64,000 nt of DNA from positions 42,780,001 through 42,844,000 of the forward strand of contig NW_026889750.1 in assembly GCF_033153115.1 (NCBI RefSeq), in the 5' to 3' direction. Position 1 is the stretch's first letter, and each line of letters starts with the position of its first letter. The notes beneath the pieces were generated by a model. The model made no database searches and had not been told where the DNA came from. It saw nothing but the letters and a program-made list of their open reading frames with translations. The DNA comes from Saccostrea echinata (taxonomy: Eukaryota). This document shows positions 42,101 to 52,159 of this stretch, in pieces. Made by a program: the position numbers and the translations under genes.

Positions 42101-45100
42101 GGTTTTCTCACTTTGAAGCTTATATATTGTTTGTACGTTTCGACGTCCATAAAATGTCCACAGCATTTTGAGCACATACATTTTTTACATTAAAATGGGT
42201 TTTTGAAAGTCTTTTTCCACACTTCCCGAACAATCATGCAAAGAATCCAAGTGCTTTGACATGATTTGACTGCAGTGGCCACCATTTCGAGGAGAACTGT
42301 TCTAGCATTGTGGGCAGATATTCTTTTTTTTGTATTTTTTTGACACGCTATATAAGAAAAATATTTAGCCGAACTGGTATGGCATGTCAAACGTTGCAGT
42401 ATTCGATCTTTTCCATTTGTATTGTATAACTTTCCATTTGTATTGTAAAATTTTTATTTGTATTGTATAATTTTTCATTTGTATTTTATAATTTTCCATT
42501 TGTATTGTATAACTTTCCATTTGTATTGTATAATTTTTCATTTGTATTGTATAATTTTTATTTATATTCTGTAATTTTCCATTTGGATTCTATAGTTTTC
42601 CATTTGGATTGTATATTTTCCACTTGCATTGTAAAAAAAATCATTTGTATTGTATAATTTTTCATTTGTATTCTATATTTTCCAATTGCATTGTATAATT
42701 TCTTATTTGTATTGTATAATTTCTTATTTGTATGCGATAATTTTTCATTTGTATTGTATCCGAGGATTGTTTATTTATTTCGTTACGAAGGATGTCATTG
42801 GTCATAAGTCTGTATAAAGGTTTCGGGTGCCCAACACAAACTTAGTCTGGTACCCTTCCTACAACTCCGACCGCACACTCACTACAAACACAAACTCGGC
42901 TTCTCTATTTGCATGCATGCTAAGGGACGAACATTCGATTCTCGGGGGGGGGGGGGGGGCGAATCCGATTATTTTTTTTCATTCTCTCACAGGAGAGAAT
43001 ATTTATTTCCAATGTGACCAGAGACAAGGAGAAAAACGAAAAGAAGAAAATCTGCCCAAACCCGAAAACTCAGTTTCTTTGGGGTGGGGGTAGGTTCCAC
43101 CACTCAAGGTCAATCTATTTATTTTCTCAGTCATTATTTCTAAGGACAGATTATTTATTTGCCACCATACATATGCCGCCGAAACATGGCTGAAATATTG
43201 CCGACTCAGTGTTAAACAATAATCAAGCAAGCAAGCAAGCAAGCAAATACATATGAGCCCAGTTTGCTTTGAGCACCCGGAACATCTTCAACCCGATACA
43301 GGCTGAAACTTGACCAATGAAATCCTTCGTAACGAAACAAATAAACAATCCGCGGATACAATACAAATGAAAAATTATCGCATGCAAATAAGAAATTTTA
43401 CAATACAAATAAGAAATTATACAATGCAAATGGAAAATTATAGAATACAAATAAAAATTATACAATACAAATGAAAATTATACAATACAACTAAAAAATT
43501 ATAGAATACAAATAAAAATTATACAATACAAATAGAAAATTATAGAATACAAATAAAAATTATACAATACAAATGGAAAATTATACAATACAAATGGAAA
43601 AGATCGAATATTGCAACGTTTGACATGCCATAAACTGGAGCTTAAAAATCATTGTACCCTTTTCCCCACATCAACTTAAATCTGAATTCTACACTTAAGT
43701 TAAGAATTATGTATGTTCCATATACAAAAAAGGAGAAAAAATACGCACAAAAGGTTGTCCCAAAATTTCGTAGACAAGCTTAGTTTTGTATGAATCCGGT
43801 CTCATATATTAAAGAAACTTTGAATATACAGATTAAACCTACTATAACTAATAACTTTATAGACAAACACAGAGTAATTACACAAGTTAAAATATTTTAT
43901 TTTCTCATGTAAGAAGGGGGTGCGGTACCCAGCAAATGCATCTGAATATCGGTTTATATATTTAAAAGAAAATTTTTTAATTTCTGTAAAAGGTATGATA
44001 GTCTACGGAATTGTGGGACAACCTTCGTATATGTATAGAATTTTTTTTATTTTTTTTATTTTTTTTGCCTATTAAAATCGAAATAAAATATATATAGTGT
44101 TCTGTTCTGATCAAATATAAACATAATATTACTACATGTAACATCTGTATAGTCTTGTTTATTTGAGTATAAAAGCAGAGTTATGTCGATAATTTTTTGC
44201 TATGATTAACCGACTAATTCGTCGGAACGTCTTGCGCTAAACCGATTGGCAATTCTATAATCGATTGCCATCCCTAGTATATATTTAGTTTATATCTACA
44301 GGTGCAATGCAGCAAATATGTAATGTTATGTCAAATTCTATATCCAGAAGTATCTGGGCAAAGAGAGGGTAGTGGAGTCAAATAACAGTTGCTATCATTA
44401 AGCGTAGAAAGCCTTACTAGTATACATGTATATGAATATGAGTCAAAGCAAAGAAAATGAACAGAAAAAGTTGCTGAAAAGATTGAATCANNNNNNNNNN
44501 NNNNNNNNNNNNNNNNNNNNNNNNNNNNNNNNNNNNNNNNNNNNNNNNNNNNNNNNNNNNNNNNNNNNNNNNNNNNNNNNNNNNNNNNNNNNNNNNNNNN
44601 NNNNNNNNNNNNNNNNNNNNNNNNTATTTGATTGGATAAAAAATTTACTTTATATCGTATAAAATGGGTTGCCTACGTCACAATGACTTGCGTCGAAAAC
44701 GTATCGATCCGCCTGACGTTACATTTAAATTTTGTACAAATTGAAGTCATTTTTTAAAGACCATCATCTTTTTTTCTTACACTAAATGAATGAAAATTAA
44801 ATTATAAGGAATGAAATTAATAGCTACCCAATTTATACGGTATAAAGTGGGTTGGAACAGTTTACGCTTTTTTATAAACCGCTTCGCGGTTTATAAAGCG
44901 TAAACTGCCCATACCCACTTTATACCGTATAAAATGGGTAGCTATTAAATTCATTCCTTAAATATATATAAAGCACTAAAAATGACCAACGACACGAACA
45001 ATAATAATTGTCAAATTTTCGGGACAACCTGTCCCTTCCTCAGGACAAAGAAAAAAGTTAAGAAGTCATAAAAACAAAGGAAATAGAGAAGCAAAAACAA

Positions 45101-48048
45101 CTAGCACTACTACTAAACTACCAAACACTAAATATTTACAATGTTACATGTTTAATTTGGAGTTTATAAACAGTTGTGAACAAAGAAAACCGGTGTATCC
45201 GGTTAGCAGGGGTTGCTCACTCCTCCATGACACTTGATCCCACCTCTGAGGTTTTTGGAGGTCCGTGTTTGCTCTGCTCCCGATTTGTATTGTTGTATCC
45301 TGAAGAACACCTCGGCCAGAGTTATTAAGTATCTCCATACAGTGTAGATTCAGTTTGTTCACATCAGAAGCTAGAATGAAGTCATGATTGGAATTAAAAT
45401 TTTATTTGGGAATTCAAGTGTATTGGAATAAAAATTCTTAAGTTTAAAACTCGTCTTTTTAAGATCAGCAAGACCACAATAGGTCATATTGTAATTATAA
45501 TACTTTGTCAAATCATGGGCCTTGGGCTATATAGGGAATCAGAATTTTGCATTGGAAACATAAAGGGAAAAAATCTATAAATAGTCTTTTCTGAAGAAAA
45601 ATGGGGCATAGTAGTAAAATTAATCATCTTCATGTAATAAAGATGAGACTGTTCAAATCGTGACCTTGGGGTCAAAAAAAGAGTAATACTATCTAAAGGT
45701 TATCTTCGCCCCTTGCTATTGCCCTATCACACTTGCAAACGATTTTGCCCCAGAACCACACCCCCGCCTTCCCAAAAAAAAACATGCCCTTCACAAAAAG
45801 GAGTAATATTATATAAGGGTTATTTTCGCCCCGTGTTATTATCGCCCTATCACACTTGCAAATGATTTTGCCCCATACACCGTCATGTTAAAGAGGCAAC
45901 TCTGTCTTCTTTGAATTTGCCCCGTTTTAAATTCGTCCACTTTGGAGAAAGGGGCGAAAATAAAATGGGGGTGAATTTTTACCTGTTTACAATATGCATG
46001 TATATATGTATAGAAACATCTTGGTCTTCTCACAAAGTCAGAGTCGCATTTAGTCATATTTAATATATGCAAACATCCAATGCAACGTGGATTCATATAA
46101 GGGCAACCATTGGGAACATCTGTAAGAAAAAGAGGGCTACTATTTCCTTGAGGTGATATATAGCCTTTATAGTTAACTTTATTTGGAATCGTAGACTTTA
46201 ATTTTGAGAAGAGTAAGAGGTTTCATTTTTTCTTGAAATCACAGACTTTAATTTGGAGACGACAGTAAGAGGTTTCATTTATCTACGTGTACTTATTCAA
46301 TAGACCTTTGTCAGGAAGAGAATGGGGAATCAGGTAAGCCTTATGAACCACGGGCCTCTTGTTTAACTCAAGGTGGTTCTGTTAAAAGTATAAACAATTA
46401 ACTTTCCTTGATTTGTTTCAAAAATAAGGATACCGCAAAGTGGAATATCCCCTCGCAATAGAGCACATCTTCAAGAGGCTTGTTACGTACAACACTCTAA
46501 GCACTCGCATCAAAACAAAAGCAAATGGATGTTTGTAAAAGGCAGTATCATACCACAGGTACTTGTGGACAGGACCCCCCCCCCCCAATATTCAACCCAG
46601 AGGCTTGTTGGACATTTTTTTTCACAAATTATATTTATTACACTTATTTATCATGTGTACCATAGGTAAAAATCGTGAAAACCCCAAAATAATCGTTCCA
46701 CACAAAACTACCCTCACTATACATTATAAGAGATCCTTATAATGTATAATGGGGGTATTTTTGTGTAGAACGATTATTTTTAGGTTTTCACGAAAACAAG
46801 CCTCTGGGTTGAATATCGGGGGGGGGGGGGGGGGGGGTTCCTGTCCACAAGTACCTGTGTGTCATACAAAGTTCCTGTCATTTTTTTATGTTTAACTGCC
46901 ATTGTTTATGTTTAACTGCCATTGACTCCTGATTCATTCTACAATAGAACAGAGCTAAGTTATAATTATGGAGCACCAACATATAGATCTGTACAATTAA
47001 TTATCATTACAGCAATCACAAAACGCGTCTTATTGACAAGAATACATTTTAATTTAAAAAAAATAGAAAAGAAAAAACCATATACATTAGGGGGCATTTT
47101 TATTTTATAGATAGATCAAATATGATTTCAGTATCGTATTTTTAACGCTGCATTTTACGATCAAATCTCAAAATGTAGGTAAAATTGTATCAAAAACTTG
47201 GTCTTTATTCTCAGTTTAATGTGTAGCTCAAGTTTGCTCAATGCCACAACTACAACAGCTAGGAGTCACATGATTCAAAGACTGTGTTTTTTTCTAGATG
47301 TGGACAAAGAACTGCAGAAAAGTCTGATAAACGGATTCGCTCTGGCGGCCAAACTTGGCGTCTCTGCATCCTGGGCCGCCATCATGGCCTTCACAACGGA
47401 AGTTTATCCCACTGTCGTCAGGTAAGTAGATTCAGGTCCGGAAGTATAATTACTAGTATCCCACTTGTCGTCAAATAAAAAGATTCAGATGCGGAAGTTT
47501 ATCCCCTTGTCCGCGGATCAAACAGAAAAAATACTCTATTTTAGCAAAATGGATATAGTGTTCTCATCTTATATAACTCCTGTAGGGGTATATCTTTACA
47601 TTTTTAATTCAGTTTATTCAGTACTTTAACATTTACTGTAGGCCCTTCAGTAGTTCCCGAGTTTTCGTTCGACAAATTCACTTGTGATTTTTTTTCTATA
47701 TAAAATCTTATGATTTTTACTTTAAAAAACAGAAACATTGGTTATGGAACTCAGAATTCCATTTCACGGATAGGAGCGCTTATTGCACCCCAGTTTGTTC
47801 TGCTGGTAAGTATTCGTGGAAATTATCCGATGTAGATAGAATTTTGTGGTGCACTATGAATTTACCTACAATTCTTTATTTTTTTTTATTTCCAGAACAA
47901 AGAAACTCCTGGGGTTATGTATATCATCTGTTTTGTTGTTTCCTTAATCTCAGCTATCATGTGCCTTTTGCTGAAGGAAACCAAAGATAAAACAATTGGG
48001 GACAATTTGGAAGTTTCAGTAAAGCAGAGGTCCGGAAGTCGTGTGTAG
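30159..48048 (+). CDS. SLC22-family organic cation/anion transporter, paralog 2; 8 coding exons, 520 aa
   Basis: Exons 30159-30500, 33811-34232, 34339-34569, 34864-34998, 37161-37243, 47298-47421, 47733-47805, 47896-48048. Exon lengths are identical to paralog 1 (342/422/231/135/83/124/73/153). The frame is intact to the TAG stop. Confidence 0.93.
31128..32220 (+). repeat. Helentron/HINE-like element with ~140-bp tandem array (about 7 units)
   Basis: TTTCCRGAYGATA...AAGGTCAAGGTCA units at about 31225, 31365, 31508, 31649, 31793, 31925 and 32077. T-run start with a short hairpin and GTCC/GTCT microsatellite. A remnant resumes at 33370-33470. Confidence 0.65.
32230..33369 (+). mobile_element. 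Highly decayed Naiad copy (RT 3' half plus 3' UTR) in intron 1 of paralog 2
   Basis: Recognisable similarity to 50810-51976 (aaactccaaagaacttttagaaaa; ttgtatgacaaacgagatgac; gtgaccggtcgac...ttttcat). Confidence 0.8.
34985..35570 (+). repeat. Homologous donor-junction minisatellite (paralog 2)
   Basis: Same unit, longer array. Confidence 0.85.
35796..36566. mobile_element. Kolobok-like foldback MITE (TTAA TSD)
   Basis: TTAA|AGGTGCWTAGACACAGATTTGAAGTT at both ends; inverted arms of about 370 bp. Confidence 0.8.
37291..37560 (+). mobile_element. HINE/Helentron 5' end with satellite remnant
   Basis: ttttagctctccagagccaaaggctcaagtaagct..., the typical TTTTAGCTCACCTGAGC start. A matching 3' end (caggtaagc...gggcctcttgttt) lies at about 46331-46363. 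Confidence 0.6.
37640..37845 (+). mobile_element. Internal Naiad RT fragment
   Basis: Matches 51215-51425 (YIDD region to EIKDTTESDISVSY). Confidence 0.8.
38057..41081. mobile_element. Non-autonomous IS3EU-like DNA transposon A with array-built TIRs of about 500 and 420 bp
   Basis: Ends TATGGAACGCC...GGCGTTCCATA. TSD ATGAAC at 38051-38056 and 41082-41087. Inverted arms 38057-38563 and 40665-41081 contain 21-bp arrays. Confidence 0.85.
39811..40108 (-). mobile_element. tRNA-derived SINE, full length (central domain probably Meta/MESC type), nested in element A
   Basis: A box TGGCGCAGTGG and B box GGTTCGAATCCC; body TGGCACGAAAAAGATCCCTC; (AAAC)n tail; flanked on both sides by G-runs. Confidence 0.85.
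41825..42055 (+). mobile_element. tRNA-derived SINE of the same family, internally deleted
   Basis: Same head (GTCGCCCGCG..., B box GGTTCGAATTCC) and body. 11-bp TSD CTTCTCCACAA at 41814-41824 and 42056-42066. Confidence 0.85.
42378..43632. mobile_element. Non-autonomous IS3EU-like DNA transposon B with array-built TIRs
   Basis: Ends TATGGCATGTCAAACGTTGCA...TGCAACGTTTGACATGCCATA. TSD AACTGG at 42372-42377 and 43633-43638. Arms 42378-42804 and 43311-43632 carry 21-bp TTGTATAATTTTYCATTTGTA arrays. Confidence 0.85.
43172..43246 (+). mobile_element. SINE/LINE 3' tail fragment with (CAAG)n tail, inside element B
   Basis: catggctgaaatattgccgactcagtgttaaacaataatcaagcaagcaagc resembles mollusc SINE tails; recognised from memory only. 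Confidence 0.55.
43742..44029. mobile_element. Mariner-like MITE
   Basis: Inverted AAGGTTGTCCCAMAATTYCGTAGAC; the right end is CCTTCG|TA. Confidence 0.55.
44491..44624. other. Assembly gap
   Basis: N run. Confidence 1.
44626..44960 (+). mobile_element. Second copy of the terminal-hairpin element
   Basis: Aligns to 29174-29503; hairpin 44805-44960. Confidence 0.6.
45008..45048 (-). ncRNA. Minimal type I hammerhead ribozyme motif (Penelope-like element pLTR type)
   Basis: Minus strand reads TTGTC-CTGAGGA-A-GGGAC-AGGTT-GTCCC-GAA-AATT-T-GACAA: stem I, CUGANGA core, stem II, GAAA, and a palindromic 4-nt stem III. Confidence 0.72.
46554..46859. mobile_element. Foldback MITE with 8-bp TSD (P- or hAT-like)
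   Basis: TIR CACAGGTACTTGTGGACAGGA-(C)n-ATATTCAACCCAGAGGCTTGTT; TSD TATCATAC/TGTCATAC; palindromic interior. Confidence 0.8.
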
Positions 48049-49601
48049 AAGTGAAAATATTACACCAGTAGAAGTACGATGAGCTTCCCAAGACGACCAT
48101 GGTCCTATAGCTACATGATATACTATGCAATTTGTCGAAACCAATTATCCTACGTTTTATAATAGATTATATTTCTACTTTTTTGTAAGCGAATTAGTTT
48201 AGCATAACATAATTAGCATAATAGAATAAATTGAATTCAGACAAGATTTTTGTTACTATTTTTCATTGTAAAAAAACTCATTAATAATTCTTGAATAGAA
48301 AGGAACGGCTTTCTTGTGCCCTTCACCATATATTTAACTACATTTTTCATTTTCTCACTTTGTTCATGAAAAAAAAAAATCAAAAAAGAAAATCAAATTC
48401 GCATCTCAAATTTGCTGGTCTCTAAGAGGCGAAAGAGAGCTTGCGTTGCCAGTTGGCATCTAATTGGTTGAAAATTGCAACCGTTAATGTTAGAATTACC
48501 CGTCATGTAGAAAATTATTTCCCCAGAAACATTTCAGCTTATCAAAAAGGCTTCTCAAATGAAATGAGAAGGCGTTTATGCAAATTATCACGCAAGCCAC
48601 TCGATTGATCACATCATGAATCCAAAAAATTAGACAGTTATTCCAATAATAGGGGAAATCTGAGAAAGAAAGAGGGAAATTTGGCTCTACTGTGAGATTT
48701 CCCCTCGGGGGAAAATCCCACTTTAGAGTACAGATTCCAGGGGGAAAACTGGCTATTGGGGAAATCCTACTCTACAACACCTGTAGGCCATTTCCAACCA
48801 AAATTGGCACAAAGCATCCTTGGGTAAAAGATAATTCTAAAGTCTTCAAATGAAGGGCAAAGTTCTCTTCCGAAGGAGAAATAATCAAGAAAAGGCAAAA
48901 TTAGGGTGAAGTCATTAAAAAATCTTCTCAAGAAACACTGGGCCAGAAAAGCTGAAACATATATGGAAGCTTCCTGAGGTAGTATAGATCCTAAATTGTT
49001 CAAATCATGGTCGGGGGGGGGGGGGTTTAAGATGGGGTCAAAATAGGGGATCTAAGTTTTTCATTGAAATATATAGGAAGAATCTTCAATATCCTTCTTC
49101 TCAAGAACCACTGAACCAGAAAAATCTTATATCCATGCAAGCTTCCTGAGGTAGTGTAGATTCTAAATTGTTCAAAACATGGACCCCGGGAAGGTTGAGG
49201 TTGCAATAGGGGATCAAAGTTTTACATTGAAATATACGGGAAAAATATTTATAAATATTCTTCTCAAGAACCACTGATTCAGAAGAAATAAAGCTTATAT
49301 GAAAGCTTCCTGTTGAAATATATAGGAAAAATCATTGAAAATCTTTTCAAGAATCACTGGATTAGAAAAGATGAAAGTTATTCCAGATTCTAAGTTTTTC
49401 AAATCATGGCCCCTGGAGGCAGGGTGGTTTCCACAATAGGGGAGAGAAGTTTAATGGTGAATTATAGATATTAGATTTAGAAAAAATCTATAAAAATCTT
49501 CTCAAGAATCACTGGTTCTGAAAAGTTGAAGATTGTAAATTGTTCAAATCTTGGTCCCCGGAGGTAGGATGGGGTCACAATAGAGGATCTAAGTTTTACA
49601 T

Positions 49602-51976
49602 GGGTTAGGTCAACAGTTAGGTCTACATCATATTCGCACCAAACTTTACTCTTTCCCTTTGAAACTTTTAAATAGTCTTCTTGAAAAGGTCAAGGAAAGT
49701 CCATTTTTTGATTCCTCGACACCAGAATATAGGCTCGGATCTGTAGTTATGGATATTGCCAATCATAGGCTTTTTAAACCCCCGCGTTTTACTGAAGAAA
49801 ATGCAGCTAAAACAATCCGTTTTTTCCTTAAACTTCAATATGCCAACAAAGGAATTGACGCGGTTAATATAAGTAATATTCTTAATCACAAAAGGGTCCA
49901 GTCTTGTATTCCACCATATTTCAACTTAAAGATTACACCTTGTATTTCCTACAAATATACATCGACTATTGCTTCCAAACTTTTTAATTACAAGAAAACT
50001 TTACAGGGCCTGGATATCGAATATCTGAAACATAATCCTCCATCGTGTTCATGTTCTTCTTCGCCCTATAACTATAGTCCTGCTGGACACGTTATTACTG
50101 GTGACGTAAATATAGTTAATAATGAGGACCTTAGATCACTAATTTTAAAAGGTCCTAAATTTAGGGAACCTAGATCCTTCAACTGGCGTAAGAATTTCAT
50201 AAATATTATGGATTCTGTAGAGGACTACGCCAGGCGATGGGCCAGACATGAAAAAGAAGACCTTGACACTTTGTCAGAATGGATTAAATGTATCAGATGT
50301 ATGTTAAAATCGCGCATTAAAAGATTGAGAGGCAATATGAAAACCATCTATCCTTCTGTATTCAATAATCCAGAAGTGAAAAAAGAATTAGATAGATTAC
50401 ATGATCAGTACGTACTGGTCCCTGCTGACAAAGCAGGTAACAACATTGTTTGTAAGGCTCATTATATTAGATGTATTTTAGAGGAACTTGGATTTAATTC
50501 TACAAGTGGTAATCCAACTTATACTCATAGTTCCCTTTCTAAGGAAGAAATTCATCAAAATCATATGTCAGTTTTGGATGTTTTTAATATTCCAAACAAC
50601 CAAAATGAATTCCAATTACCATATTTATATTGGATTCCGAAACTTCATAAAAATCCTTACAAACAAAGATACATAGCGGGTTCCAGTAAATGTTCAACCA
50701 AGCCTCTATCTTTACTGCTCACTAAGATATTAACAGTGGTGAAGGAGAAACTTCAAGAGTACTGTGCAACAATATATTCGAGAAGTGGTGTAAATCAGAT
50801 GTGGATACTTAAAAATTCCAAGGAACTTTTGGAAAATTTGAAATCACAAGATTTTACCAAAATCAACAGCTTAAAAACTTACGACTTTTCAACTTTATAC
50901 ACAACCATTCCCCAAGATAAATTAAAGTCCAGGCTTTTTGATATCATTGACAGCTGCTTTTTCAATAAAAATGGAACTCGTAAATATACTTACCTTGTTA
51001 TTGGTCATTTGCAAAATTATTTTGTTAAAAAACATTCTGATTGTACACACAAGTACTCTGAAGTTGACATTAAAAAGATGCTTGAGTTTCTGATTGACAA
51101 TATCTATGTGGTTTTTGGAGACCAGGTCTTCCTACAATCTATTGGAATTTCTATGGGTACCAATTGCGCCCCGTTATTAGCAGACCTTTTTTGTATTCAT
51201 ATGAAGCAGAATTTGTCCAAAATCTTGTACATGAAAAGAAGAAAACACTTGCTGTGGCGTTCAACTCGACATTTAGATATATCGACGACGTATTGTCAAT
51301 TAACAATGGCTATTTTCATTCTTATGTCGATACGATATATCCTGGTGAACTTGAGATAAAAGATACCACAGAGTCTGACATATCTGTTTCATATTTGGAT
51401 ATTTTACTTGAAAAAGACGTTAATGGTAATCTAACAACCAAGCTTTATGATAAACGTGATGACTTTAACTTTTCAATCGTCAACTTCCCTTACTTATGCA
51501 GCAATATACCTTCATCACCTGCATACGGGGTATATATCTCTCAGTTGATTCGATACGCAAGAGCATGCCCTACGTATGTACAATTTCTAAAACGAGGTAA
51601 ATTATTGACAAATAAGTTGATGAAACAAGAATATCAGCTGTCTCGTTTAAAGTCATCATTTCGTAAGTTCTATGGTCGATACAATGACCTTGTCAGCAAA
51701 TACAATTTATCATTGAGTCAAATGCTGACTGACGTTTTTCATACTAATTGTTAGGCCATTATTTACACACTGAATTGTCGACGGATTTTTCCGTTACTTC
51801 CCGATCATGACAAGGAGCACACGGCGGGTGTGACCGGTCGGCAGGGGATGCTCACTCCTCCATGGCACCTGATCCCACCTCTGATGTTTGGAGGTCCGTG
51901 TTTGCTCTGCTCCTATTTTGTATTGTATAATGGACTTTTGAGCTTGAATACTGTATGTTATCTCCATATATTTCAT
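49602..51976 (+). mobile_element. Naiad-type Penelope-like retroelement, 5'-truncated, reverse transcriptase (RT) almost intact
   Basis: ORFs 49659-51359 and 51164-51754 join across one frameshift in a T-run at about 51190. CxC linker (PSCSC...GHVITGD); PLE RT motifs PADK, IPKLHK, DFSTLYTTIP, GISMGT, RYIDD, YLDI; no C-terminal GIY-YIG; 3' UTR ends TTTCAT. CATGGG is present at both junctions (49599-49604, 51974-51979). Confidence 0.88.
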
Positions 51977-52159
51977 GGGACTATTTAAGATTTAAAAAAA
52001 AATAATTTTCTTAAGAACCACAATAAAACCACCTTTACACAAATTTGATATTCCTTATGCAAATTGCTTAAGAAATATCCAAATTTTTGCAAAGAGAGAA
52101 TCATCAATTTGCAAACATTACCAAGTTATTTGCATTTTTTTTTTTAATTATTGACTCCA

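Noticed and set aside
38095-43600. CRISPR-like repeat arrays
   Set aside because: No unique spacers (only three recurring 6-bp variants), no cas genes, eukaryotic context.
51164-51359. Programmed frameshift or two-ORF organisation in the retroelement
   Set aside because: It splits the RT core between motifs B' and C at a homopolymer. PLEs have a single ORF, so mutation or sequencing error is more likely.
51755-51976. SECIS element in the Naiad 3' UTR
   Set aside because: No in-frame TGA codons in the ORF and no clear AUGA/GA quartet with an apical AA.
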